Of a stretch of DNA of 33,776 nt, positions 8,944 to 19,753 are shown piece after piece. The translations under genes were made by a program, and so were the position numbers. The DNA lies in contig CAYLJQ010000002.1 in NCBI GenBank assembly GCA_964383955.1, positions 1-33,776 of the forward strand, in the 5' to 3' direction. The notes under the pieces were generated by a model. The model was not told the origin of the DNA and made no database searches. It worked only from the letters and a program-made list of their open reading frames with translations. Position 1 is the stretch's first letter; the number at the start of each line of letters is the position of its first letter. The stretch is from an uncultured Heliomicrobium sp. (lineage in GTDB: Bacteria > Acidobacteriota > Blastocatellia > RBC074).

Positions 8944-9342
8944 TTATTGCCCGTCCACACAGCCTGCGGCGGCTTTGGCAGCGGCGTACGCGTCCAGCGG
9001 CGACAGCATCACAATCAGCATCCAGATGGGGATAGTGATCAGTGTGCAAATCACGCCCTTCAACCATCCCTGCGTTTTCTGCGCCGAAGTTCTGGCGGAC
9101 ATGCTTTCGGCAACAACCCGTATCAACCGGCCAGAGTAGGTGGTGTAGCTTTCGGAATCGCCTTGCAATAGCTTCGTTTCGTTGCCCAACCTCTGTGCCA
9201 GGTCGGTCGAAGTAGCGTACCGGTTCATTTGACTAACGCCGCAACGGCGGCAGAATTTGTCGTGGTCGCGCAATTCAGCAGTGCAGGCGCAACATAATTT
9301 CAAGCCAATGGTTTCTGTCATTTCCGTTATTGGGTGTGTCAC
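8944..9342 (-). CDS. Hypothetical zinc-ribbon protein with C-terminal TM helix (tail-anchored)
   Basis: GGAGGAG (9354-9348) lies 5 nt before GTG 9342. CxxC-x10-CxxC motif (CCACTAELRDHDKFCRRC) near the N-terminus. One hydrophobic helix (VICTLITIPIWMLIVMLSPL) near the C-terminus. Confidence 0.65.
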   Translation of the reverse strand: MTHPITEMTETIGLKLCCACTAELRDHDKFCRRCGVSQMNRYATSTDLAQRLGNETKLLQGDSESYTTYSGRLIRVVAESMSARTSAQKTQGWLKGVICTLITIPIWMLIVMLSPLDAYAAAKAAAGCVDGQ

Positions 9343-9411
9343 AGCCGCTCCTCCTTTCGAGCATTCTGACTTCATTTCATCTGACTACTTCGTTCCGACA
9401 ACCGGAGATAG

Positions 9412-9427
9412 TGCAAGGCCCTTGCCA
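9412..9427 (-). promoter_or_regulatory. Sigma-54 (RpoN) -24/-12 promoter facing the zinc-ribbon/STAS operon
   Basis: The minus strand reads TGGCAAGGGCCTTGCA. This matches TGGCACG-N4-TTGCW with correct GG-N10-GC spacing and one mismatch. It lies about 70 nt upstream of GTG 9342 and about 280 nt downstream of the sigma-54 activator gene. Confidence 0.7.
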
Positions 9428-9507
9428 AAGTGAGAAACAGATTTCGGCAGGCAGCTAACCTACTGAAAAGATGGAAGTTTTATTTTTGGAGGGTGACAAG
9501 AAGGGAG

Positions 9508-9576
9508 AGTGCCGAAGCCAAGTGCCGAAGCCTTTCGCGCCGAGGTTCCGGCGCGCGCCGATATTTCGGCGCGAAA
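9508..9576 (-). promoter_or_regulatory. Candidate enhancer (UAS) repeats about 80-150 bp upstream of the sigma-54 promoter
   Basis: Tandem direct repeat AGTGCCGAAGCC (9508-9519, 9521-9532). It is followed by the 11-bp perfect inverted repeat TTTCGCGCCGA (9533-9543) / TCGGCGCGAAA (9566-9576), which encloses the palindrome CGGCGCGCGCCG (9549-9560). A T-rich tract (GTTTTATTTTTGG, 9477-9489) lies between these sites and the promoter. Confidence 0.4.
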
Positions 9577-9589
9577 ACTGAAAATGTCC

Positions 9590-9706
9590 AAGGAAGAAAC
9601 CACTGATGGACACAGATCAACACAAATGAGCACAGATCATATTTTCAACTTACCTGTGTCTATCTGCGTGAATCTGTGTTTATCAGTGGTTAAAGCCGCT
9701 TCCTTC
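9590..9706. repeat. Long imperfect palindromic element abutting the stop codon of the sigma-54 activator (possible terminator)
   Basis: AACCACTGATGGACACAGAT (9598-9617) pairs with ATCTGTGTTTATCAGTGGTT (9672-9691) at 18/20 positions. Outer arms AAGGAAG (9590-9596) and CTTCCTT (9700-9706) also pair. CACAGATCA is repeated inside. The spurious ORF 9509..9835 (+) runs through it. Confidence 0.7.
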
Positions 9707-9709
9707 AAC

Positions 9710-12700
9710 TTAGCTTTGGCGTCCAATGCCAAGCTTCTGCATTTTGGATTGCAGGGTGGTGCGCTTCATGCCCAGCCGCGCCGCTGCGCCTTGGGGACCG
9801 CCGACGATCCAGTTGGTTTCTTCCAGCGCGCGTAAGATGTGTTCACGCTCGGCATCATGAAGTGTGGCGAGTTCCGTCACAGGAGCCGGTTCGGAGGATT
9901 TCAATTCGGCCAGGGAAACTTCCAGGCTGTCGCCGCGCGTCAAAATCACAGCGCGCTCGATGAAATGTTCCAGTTCGCGGACGTTGCCCGGCCAGTGGTA
10001 ATTGGTCAGCGCAGTCATAATTTCAGCTGGAATCGAAGTGATTTGTTTTTTCAACCGCCGCGCATATCGCTGCGTGAAAAAACGGGTCAGGGCGGGAATG
10101 TCTTCGCGGCGCTGACGAAGCGGCGGAATCGTAATGGGAAACACATTCAACCGGTAAAACAAATCGCTGCGATACTTTCTATCGGCAACCATTTGTTCCA
10201 GATCGCAGTTGGTGGCGGCAATCAGGCGAACGTCAACTTTTTGTGTGCGCGTGCTGCCCAACCGTTCAAACTCCTGTTCCTGTAAAACGCGCAACAGCTT
10301 CGGCTGCAAATCCAGCGGAATGTCGCCAACTTCATCCAGAAACAGCGATCCGCGATTCGCCAGTTCAAATCGGCCTACGCGCTGCGAAATCGCGCCGGTG
10401 AACGCGCCCTTTTCGTGGCCGAACAACTCGCTTTCCAGCAAGCCGGTGGGAATCGCCGCGCAATTGATTTTGACCAGCGTGCGTTCGCGGCGGTCGCTGA
10501 GGTCGTGAATGGCGCGGGCGATCAATTCCTTGCCGGTTCCGGTTTCACCGCAAATCAGCACCGTGGAGCCAGTTGGCGCAACGGTTTCCACCTGTTTCAA
10601 AATTCGCTTGAAGGTCTGGCTTTCGCCGATCAGTTCTTCGAAATTGTGCTGGGTGCGAATTTCGTCTTCCAGGTACAGCTTTTCGCTGGTCAGTTTGTTT
10701 TTCAGCGCTTCGATTTCGCGGAACGCCAGCGCGTTTTCAACCGCAAGCGCAACCTGATTGGCAACCTGGCAAAGCAATTCTTTCTCATCTTCATTCAGAT
10801 TGGCTTCGCGATAGCTGGCCACCGCCAGCGTGCCCAGCTTGCGTCCGTGCGCGATCAGCGGAACCACACCGCCGGATTTTAGACCTGCGGAGCGGAATCG
10901 GTCGCTAAAACCAGACTGAAACCGCTGCTCATCAATCCGGTCGTGAAAGACCGGTTGCCCGGACATAAAGGCCGAACCACTAAGCGAGCTTTCCAGCGGA
11001 ATCGGCGTTCCCTCTTCAATGGCAAACTGTTTGTCCAGGGATTCGTAGGCATAAGCCCGCAATTGATTGGTGTCAGGATCGTAAAGCGCCAGGCCCACCA
11101 CATCGTGAAGCGAAATTCGGCGCAAAGAAACCGAAATGACCTGGATCAAACTGCGCAAATCAAGTTGCGCCACCATGGCGTTGTTGATTTCCAGCAACAG
11201 CTGCCTGCGGTCTGAGTGGCGATTGGCTTCTTCCTCCGCGGTGCGAATGCGCTCAAAGTTCAACGCATTTTCAACTGCGATGGCGACTTGTCCGGCAATC
11301 TGCATAAAGAGCTCGCCATCGGCTTTGGTAAAGGCGCACTCGGTTTTACTGGCGATGCTCATTGCGCCGATGATGCGGTTTTTCCGTAACAGCGGAACGG
11401 AACAGTTTGCACGAATGCCCTGGCTTACCGCGCGGCGCACCACTTCCGCGGGGAATTGTTTCAGGTAATCCGGCCCCGTAACCACAGGTTGTTTTGTCCG
11501 TATGGCCAAACCAACAGGCGTATCCACCAACGTGGCAATCTGGCCTTCCTGCAAAAAATCTATTTCTTCGCCACGATCCAGCAAGTGCACGCGCAAGATG
11601 TCTTGCTGATCGTCGTACAACCCCATTACGGAGTAATCATGCCGAAACACCTGGCGCAGCGAGGCCGAAACTGCCTGAAACAACGAGGGTAAATCCAGCG
11701 CGGAAGCGATGGCGTTGTTGACCTGTAAAAGCAATTGCAACCTGTCAGATTGACGGTTGGCTTCTTCTTCGGCGGCGCGCGTGCGTTCAAAGTTGAGCGC
11801 GTTTTCCACAGCGATGGCAATCTGATTTGCGCTTTGGCAAAGCAGTTCCCGATCTTCGGCAGAAAACGCAAACGGGCGTTTGCTGGCGACTCCCAATGCT
11901 CCCAGCTTGCGACCGTGCGCAATCAGCGGAATGTTGCAGGCCGACCGCAAACCTGCATTGTATGAACGCCGGGTGAAATCGGAAGGAAACCGTTCCAGGT
12001 CGAATTGATCCAGAAACACAGGCTCTCCCGAAGTATAAGCCACCCCCATGGCGCTGCCTTCCAGTTCGATCAGATAGCTTTCCTCAACCAGATTCATTTG
12101 CTCCGGGAAATCTGTCATGACCACGCGCAGCTTGTTGCTTTCTGGATCGTAAAGCGCAACGCCAGTGGTGTCGTTATGCACTGTTTTCCGCAAGGAGCGC
12201 GAAACAACTTGCAGCAATTCACGCAAATTCAGTTGCGAAACGACGGCATTATTGATTTGCAGCACCGTGCTGAGACGGTCGGACTGGTGCGTCGCCTCCT
12301 GCTCGGCTTCCCGCGCGCGCTGGAAGTTCAACGCATTGTCCACCGCGATGGCAATCTGCCCGGCAATCTGGCCAAGCAACTGTTGATGCTCTTCAGGAAA
12401 CGCATCTTCACGAAAACTGCCCACACCCAGCACGCCGAGCTTGCGGCCATGCACAATTAACGGCACACAACCGCCCGATTCAATTCCCGCTTCGATAAGC
12501 TGCTTATTGAAATCGGAGACGCTGGCTGTAGGGTCAACCCGGTTGTAAAAGATCGGCTGCCCGGAAGTCAGCGCCAATCCACCCAGGCTTCCTTCCATGG
12601 GAACCAGCGTCCCCTGCTGAATAGACAGTCGTTTATCCGGAGAGTCATACGCGTAAGCGCGAAGCTGATTGTTTTTTTCGTCGTATAGCGAAAGTCCGAC

Positions 12701-14467
12701 AATCTCGTGCCCCAGAACTTCCCGCAAACAAGCGGCGGTCACACGCACCAATTCCCGCAAATCCAAGTGAGAAACTGTGGCGTTGTTGACATCCAGCATC
12801 AGGCGCAGACGTTCGAACTGGCGCTTCACTTCCTGTTCAGCGTTTCTTGCTCGCTCAAAGTTGAGCGAATTTTCCAGCGCGATGGCCACTTGTCCGGCGA
12901 GATTGCTGAACAATTCCAGGTCTTGATCTGTAAATCGCTCTTCCTGCGTGCTGCTGATGCCAACGATGCCCAGCTTGCGGCCATGCGCACTGAGCAAAGC
13001 CAGACAGGCGGATTTGGGGCTGCCTGCAACAGGTTGCTGGGAAAACGGGTCGGCAGGATATGCAGCCGGATCAGGCCGTTTTATCAAAAGCGGCTGTCCG
13101 GTAAGAAAGACCTTTCCGGCGGGCGTTCCTTCCAGCGGGATCACATCTCCTTCTCGAAACGTTTCCAGGTCCTTGTAGGAAACGTTTTTGTATTCGCGCA
13201 ACTGATTTAGCTCAGGTTCGTACAGCGCAATCCCCGCCGCGTCATGCGGCATGACATCGCGCAAACTTGCGGAGACGGTTTTCACCAGTTCGCTCAGATC
13301 CAGATGCGAAACGACGGCGTTGTTGATTTCCAGCAACAACCGTATGCGGTCGCGTTCGCGCGCGGCTTGCTGTTCCGTGTCGCGCGCGCGCTCGAAGTTC
13401 AAAGCATTTTCAACCGCGATGGCAATTTGATTCGCGCACTGCATCAACAACGCGACATCCGCTTCATTGAAAGCGTTCTCGCTCAAACTCACCACGCTCA
13501 AAGCGCCAAGCGTGCGATCGTGTGAGATCAGCGGCACGGCGCAGCCCGATTTGACGCCATTGTCCGCCGCTTTGCGCACCCAGGGCGAAGAAAACCTGTT
13601 GAGATCCAGCACAGGACCAACCAGCACGGGCTGGCCGGATGCGATGGCTTCTCCTTCAGGAGTGTTTTCCGCCGAGATTCCTGTACCTTCTTCAATTGAA
13701 ACGTTGCCGAATATTTGCAAGTCCAGAGCTTGCAGGTGCAGTGTGGAGGTTTCGGGATCGTACAGGGATAAAAGCGCCGCGTCGTGCGGAATCGCCTGGC
13801 GCAGGCAAGTGGAAATTACATCCAACAGCTCTCTCAGACCCAGTCGCGAAACAACGGCATTGTTGATTTCCAGCAGCAGGCGCAAGCGGTCGCGTTCCCG
13901 CGCCAGTGCGGCTTCAGCGGCGCTGGCGTTTTCAAAGTTCAAGGTGTTGTCCACCGCAACCGCCACCAGCTTCGCCACCTGTTGGAAAAGCTCCTGGTCG
14001 TGATCGCCCCAGGCATTTGGGTGCAAGCTTCCAAAACCGATTGCTCCTAATCTACGCCCCGCAGATGTCAGCGGTAAAACATAGGCTGTTTTGATGCCGC
14101 GTTGTTTGAGGCCTGGAATTACACGCGAATAGCGTTTTTCGTAAGCACCGAGATCGGTAATCAAAAACGGCTGCTGGGTTTGCCACACCGTTCCGGCAGG
14201 CGCGTCTTCGATGGGCAGTTCGGTGGGAATTTGTGAGCCGTCGAATGTCGTCGTCTCCAGGACGTTCATTCGCATCATGTTGCTTTCCGCGTCATACAAA
14301 ACAATGTTCACGCCATCGAATTTGACGACAAGTTGCAGGCGGCTGGTCAAATCTCTCAGCAATGATTTCAGGTCACGATGCACGGAAATGGCTTCCGCGA
14401 CTTCAAGCAGCGCCCGATATTGTCGCAGTTCGGCATTGTCTAGCGGTGGTCGAGGGTCAACGCTCAT
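9710..14467 (-). CDS. Sigma-54-dependent transcriptional activator (bEBP) with seven tandem GAF domains, AAA+ domain and Fis-type HTH
   Basis: 1585 aa. C-terminal AAA+ sigma-54 interaction module: Walker A GETGTGKE, signature ESELFGHEKGAFTGA, Walker B SLFLDEVGD, WPGNVRELE. Terminal HTH AARLGMKRTTLQSKMQKLGI. It is preceded by seven ~179-aa GAF-like units, each joined by a conserved (A/V)VENALNFER...DRLxLLLEINNAVVSxLDLxEL helix. Confidence 0.92.
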   Translation of the reverse strand: MSVDPRPPLDNAELRQYRALLEVAEAISVHRDLKSLLRDLTSRLQLVVKFDGVNIVLYDAESNMMRMNVLETTTFDGSQIPTELPIEDAPAGTVWQTQQPFLITDLGAYEKRYSRVIPGLKQRGIKTAYVLPLTSAGRRLGAIGFGSLHPNAWGDHDQELFQQVAKLVAVAVDNTLNFENASAAEAALARERDRLRLLLEINNAVVSRLGLRELLDVISTCLRQAIPHDAALLSLYDPETSTLHLQALDLQIFGNVSIEEGTGISAENTPEGEAIASGQPVLVGPVLDLNRFSSPWVRKAADNGVKSGCAVPLISHDRTLGALSVVSLSENAFNEADVALLMQCANQIAIAVENALNFERARDTEQQAARERDRIRLLLEINNAVVSHLDLSELVKTVSASLRDVMPHDAAGIALYEPELNQLREYKNVSYKDLETFREGDVIPLEGTPAGKVFLTGQPLLIKRPDPAAYPADPFSQQPVAGSPKSACLALLSAHGRKLGIVGISSTQEERFTDQDLELFSNLAGQVAIALENSLNFERARNAEQEVKRQFERLRLMLDVNNATVSHLDLRELVRVTAACLREVLGHEIVGLSLYDEKNNQLRAYAYDSPDKRLSIQQGTLVPMEGSLGGLALTSGQPIFYNRVDPTASVSDFNKQLIEAGIESGGCVPLIVHGRKLGVLGVGSFREDAFPEEHQQLLGQIAGQIAIAVDNALNFQRAREAEQEATHQSDRLSTVLQINNAVVSQLNLRELLQVVSRSLRKTVHNDTTGVALYDPESNKLRVVMTDFPEQMNLVEESYLIELEGSAMGVAYTSGEPVFLDQFDLERFPSDFTRRSYNAGLRSACNIPLIAHGRKLGALGVASKRPFAFSAEDRELLCQSANQIAIAVENALNFERTRAAEEEANRQSDRLQLLLQVNNAIASALDLPSLFQAVSASLRQVFRHDYSVMGLYDDQQDILRVHLLDRGEEIDFLQEGQIATLVDTPVGLAIRTKQPVVTGPDYLKQFPAEVVRRAVSQGIRANCSVPLLRKNRIIGAMSIASKTECAFTKADGELFMQIAGQVAIAVENALNFERIRTAEEEANRHSDRRQLLLEINNAMVAQLDLRSLIQVISVSLRRISLHDVVGLALYDPDTNQLRAYAYESLDKQFAIEEGTPIPLESSLSGSAFMSGQPVFHDRIDEQRFQSGFSDRFRSAGLKSGGVVPLIAHGRKLGTLAVASYREANLNEDEKELLCQVANQVALAVENALAFREIEALKNKLTSEKLYLEDEIRTQHNFEELIGESQTFKRILKQVETVAPTGSTVLICGETGTGKELIARAIHDLSDRRERTLVKINCAAIPTGLLESELFGHEKGAFTGAISQRVGRFELANRGSLFLDEVGDIPLDLQPKLLRVLQEQEFERLGSTRTQKVDVRLIAATNCDLEQMVADRKYRSDLFYRLNVFPITIPPLRQRREDIPALTRFFTQRYARRLKKQITSIPAEIMTALTNYHWPGNVRELEHFIERAVILTRGDSLEVSLAELKSSEPAPVTELATLHDAEREHILRALEETNWIVGGPQGAAARLGMKRTTLQSKMQKLGIGRQS
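10720..14400 (-). repeat. Intragenic tandem array: 7 diverged GAF-coding units with ~535-540-nt period
   Basis: The conserved linker coding motif (NALNFER) recurs at approximately 13945, 13405, 12865, 12330, 11795, 11260 and 10735. Units are diverged in sequence, so this is ancient duplication rather than an assembly artefact. Confidence 0.8.
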
Positions 14468-14702
14468 TTTCTTGAATCGAGAATAGAAAAAAGCAGTCTG
14501 CGATGAATGTGGCTTCAGGTCCTGGCACGACCACTTTCGCGCAGTGCTACTGGAATGAATCGCCGGGGGCTAGCATCCTGGGTTCCAACTTATATCTGTT
14601 GCTTTGACGAAGCAGAATTGTCTTTCACGCTCCGATCAGACGCAACCTTTCACCGACAATCCGTCTTGAAACCCCTACAGCAGAATCCTGTGGAGAACGC
14701 CA

Positions 14703-14745
14703 TAAACAAATCGGCGTCACGCTTGTCTCATTTCAGCGTGACGCC
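14703..14745 (-). terminator. Rho-independent terminator after gyrB
   Basis: The minus strand reads GGCGTCACGC-13 nt loop-GCGTGACGCC followed by GATTTGTTTAT. The 10-bp perfect stem is at 14713-14722 / 14736-14745, about 40 nt after the gyrB stop. Confidence 0.65.
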
Positions 14746-14782
14746 GTTCTTTTGCTTACCAAACATCCAATCGCGATTGAAA

Positions 14783-17417
<2,635 letters not shown>

Positions 17418-17427
17418 TGATCCATCC

Positions 17428-18516
17428 TCAAATCACGCGACCTGCCTCCACCAAAAAAGTCGAAGCCCGGTTTCGGTAACGGTCGGCTATTGATCGCTTG
17501 GAGGTCGAGACGATGGTCTGCGCTTTGCCATCCAGATAATCGAGCAAAATTTCGATTCGCGTGCGGTCGAGTTCGGCATCAAGGTCGTCAATAAGGAAAA
17601 TTGGGTACTCTTCAAACACCTGATGATAGACGGTCTGCTGCGCTAATTCAAGAATCAGCAGTGAGCTTCTTTGTTGGCCGGAACTGCCAAAACGGGCAAT
17701 TTCATACCCGTCGGAAAGGATTTCCAGATCGTCCCGATGCGGTCCCACCAGGCTATAGCCGACAGCTATCTCGTTCTTCAGCCTAAGGTTAAGTCGCTCC
17801 CGCAATAACGCGCTGTAATCGCCAAGATCGCCTTTGCCTTCCAGCGAAGATTTATAGTGAACCCGGATTTCTTCAGCTTGAAACAAGGAAGGATTCAGCG
17901 CCGCTTGCAGTTTGGCCAAATACCCGGTTCGCGCCAGATACACTTCCGTTCCGAGCGCCACAAGCTGGTCGTTCCAGGTTTCAATTTGCGGCTGAAATCG
18001 CAGTGGATTGTCAGCGTCCGAAGCCTCTCGTAACAACGCATTTTTCTGCTTCAGCACGCGGTTGTATTCATTCAGCGTGCCCAAATACGATGGCAACGTT
18101 CCGAAAACCCCTCGATCCAGAAACCGCCGCCGTGCTTCAGGCGCTCCGCGAACGATGTCCATTTCGTCCGCAGTAAACGCCAGCGCGTCCAGATTGCCCA
18201 GATACCGCACATTCGGTTCGCGTTTGCCGTTGACGAAGGTTTGTTTGGTTGAGGCCGTTAGCAACAGTTGTAAATCTTTGGTCAGATTGCCGCGCGCAAC
18301 TGTGCCGCGCAAAATGGCTTCGGTTTCATTGTGCCGGATGGCGTCGCGCGGATGAGAAGTTCGAAAGGATTTGGCTGTCGCCAGCAAATAAGCCGCTTCC
18401 AGCCAACTGCTTTTGCCGTGCGCGTTCTGCCCGTAAATCAGGTTCAGCCCCGGAGAAAATTCGATTGATCCGGTGAGGTTGCGAAAATTGAGGGCTTCAA
18501 TTCGGAGCAGGTGCAT
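17428..18516 (-). CDS. recF: DNA replication and repair protein RecF
   Basis: 362 aa. N-terminal MHLLRIEALNFRNL, Walker A GQNAHGKSS, signature FGSSGQQRS, Walker B IFLIDDLDAELD. Conserved recF-gyrB order. Confidence 0.95.
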   Translation of the reverse strand: MHLLRIEALNFRNLTGSIEFSPGLNLIYGQNAHGKSSWLEAAYLLATAKSFRTSHPRDAIRHNETEAILRGTVARGNLTKDLQLLLTASTKQTFVNGKREPNVRYLGNLDALAFTADEMDIVRGAPEARRRFLDRGVFGTLPSYLGTLNEYNRVLKQKNALLREASDADNPLRFQPQIETWNDQLVALGTEVYLARTGYLAKLQAALNPSLFQAEEIRVHYKSSLEGKGDLGDYSALLRERLNLRLKNEIAVGYSLVGPHRDDLEILSDGYEIARFGSSGQQRSSLLILELAQQTVYHQVFEEYPIFLIDDLDAELDRTRIEILLDYLDGKAQTIVSTSKRSIADRYRNRASTFLVEAGRVI

Positions 18517-18519
18517 GTT

Positions 18520-19506
18520 TCAGCTTAAATGCGCGCCATTTGCCAGATCGCGTTTGAATTCCAGCGCGCGCTGCGGACGATCCATCGGTTCTTTTTCCAA
18601 GGCACGCAAAATTTCCGATTCGATCAACGCGTTGACGTCTTTGTTGACCTGGCGCAGCGATTGCGGCTTTTCATTGAGCAGCTTGACTCCGAAATCGCCG
18701 ACGCGTTTGGCGGCAAACGGCGGTTGTCCAGCCAGCATTTCGTACGCGATCACTCCCAGGCTGTAAATATCCGAACGCAAATCAGCTTCTTCGCCGCGAA
18801 ACTGTTCAGGACTTAAGTACGTTGGGCGCAGTGGCAACTGTCCCCTGCCCTGCAATCTGGCGGTGGTGCCCGGCACAAACTGTTGCCCGGAAGCGAATTT
18901 GGTGTAACTGAAACCAACCAGAACCACGTTCGGCATCAGCGCTCCGGTGTCGGCGATTTTGTCAGGCAGAATGATGCACTCCGGTTTCAAATCACGATGG
19001 ACCAAACCCGCTTTGTGCGCGACATCCAGCGCATCGCAAATATCCCCAAGCAAATCCACCGCTGCCTGAACATCAAACCTGGCCGCGCGCTTCATCTCGT
19101 CGCGCAGCGAACGCCCTTTGACGAACTCGCTGACGACATATCCTGTTGCGTCCTGCAACACGCCAAAATCATGCACGGCGGCAACCTGTGGATTTTTGAA
19201 ATGAAGAGCGATTTGGGCTTCGCGGCGAAACCGATCCTGCGCCCGCGGGTCGGCGATGACACTGGCGCGAATGACTTTGACAGCCACTTGTTTGCCGGAT
19301 TCCAGGCTGGTTGCGCCAAAGACGATCCCCGTTGCGCCGCGTCCTAAAACGCGTTCAAGTTGATAACGCGAATTGATGGTGTAAGGAATTCTTTCCACCG
19401 GGACCAATTCCACCATGCAGTCCCGGCAGATTTGCTGGTTTGGGGGGTAACACTCTTTGCAAGACACACACAGCCGCACTGTGTCTGTCGGATCAAAGGC
19501 CGCCAT
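18520..19506 (-). CDS. Cytoplasmic Ser/Thr-kinase-like protein with N-terminal zinc ribbon; predicted pseudokinase or atypical kinase
   Basis: I prefer ATG 19506 (GGAG-containing RBS) over TTG 19530. CxxC-x10-CxxC (CVSCKECYPPNQQICRDC). Kinase fold motifs GRGATG, VAVKVI, HRDLKPEC (18976-18999) and LSPEQ are present. However, the catalytic-loop Asn is Cys and DFG is replaced by GFS (18907-18915). Stop TGA lies 3 nt before the recF ATG. Confidence 0.8.
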   Translation of the reverse strand: MAAFDPTDTVRLCVSCKECYPPNQQICRDCMVELVPVERIPYTINSRYQLERVLGRGATGIVFGATSLESGKQVAVKVIRASVIADPRAQDRFRREAQIALHFKNPQVAAVHDFGVLQDATGYVVSEFVKGRSLRDEMKRAARFDVQAAVDLLGDICDALDVAHKAGLVHRDLKPECIILPDKIADTGALMPNVVLVGFSYTKFASGQQFVPGTTARLQGRGQLPLRPTYLSPEQFRGEEADLRSDIYSLGVIAYEMLAGQPPFAAKRVGDFGVKLLNEKPQSLRQVNKDVNALIESEILRALEKEPMDRPQRALEFKRDLANGAHLS

Positions 19507-19657
19507 AACTCTCTTCTCCCGTAAGTTCAAAATAAAATCTCGGATCAGGATGCTGACTATGATCGAAGATTACCACAACCACCCAGCCATTGCCGAGCTT
19601 GTGCCGTTTTCGGAGCAAGTCTAAAATCACTTCGCTTTTCCGCAATTGACAGAGTCG

Positions 19658-19681
19658 GTACCGCGCGCGGTAGCAAGCGGG
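19658..19681. repeat. 24-nt motif GTACCGCGCGCGGTAGCAAGCGGG (copy 2; inverted partner at 17394-17417)
   Basis: Exact reverse complement of 17394-17417. Lies in the divergent intergenic region between the kinase-like gene and the isomerase gene. Confidence 0.8.
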
Positions 19682-19753
19682 CGCTCAATCAATCGCAACC
19701 TCGCTCCCTACCGGTCGCAGTAATGACCCAACACATTTCAATAGGAGATTTCC

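Noticed and set aside
8517-9375. Longer N-terminal extensions given by the ORF track (starts at 8570, 9067, 9375; likewise 26350, 27029, 20728, 19530, 2588)
   Set aside because: For most of these, the extensions are R-rich or overlap the upstream gene and lack SD sites. Internal ATG/GTG codons with GGAGG-type RBS, or a signal peptide or conserved N-terminus, fit better.
9509-9835. 108-aa ORF (…TTDGHRSTQMSTDH…ICVNLCLSVV…)
   Set aside because: It is generated by reading through the palindromic element at 9590-9706 and then antisense into the bEBP gene. The two halves of the peptide mirror the hairpin arms. The same reasoning applies to 20622..20807 and 6107..6496.
14523-14540. TGGCACGACCACTTTCGC, a possible sigma-54 -24 element upstream of the bEBP gene
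   Set aside because: It is on the plus strand, which is the wrong orientation for both flanking genes. It also lacks a TTGC -12 element at the required spacing.
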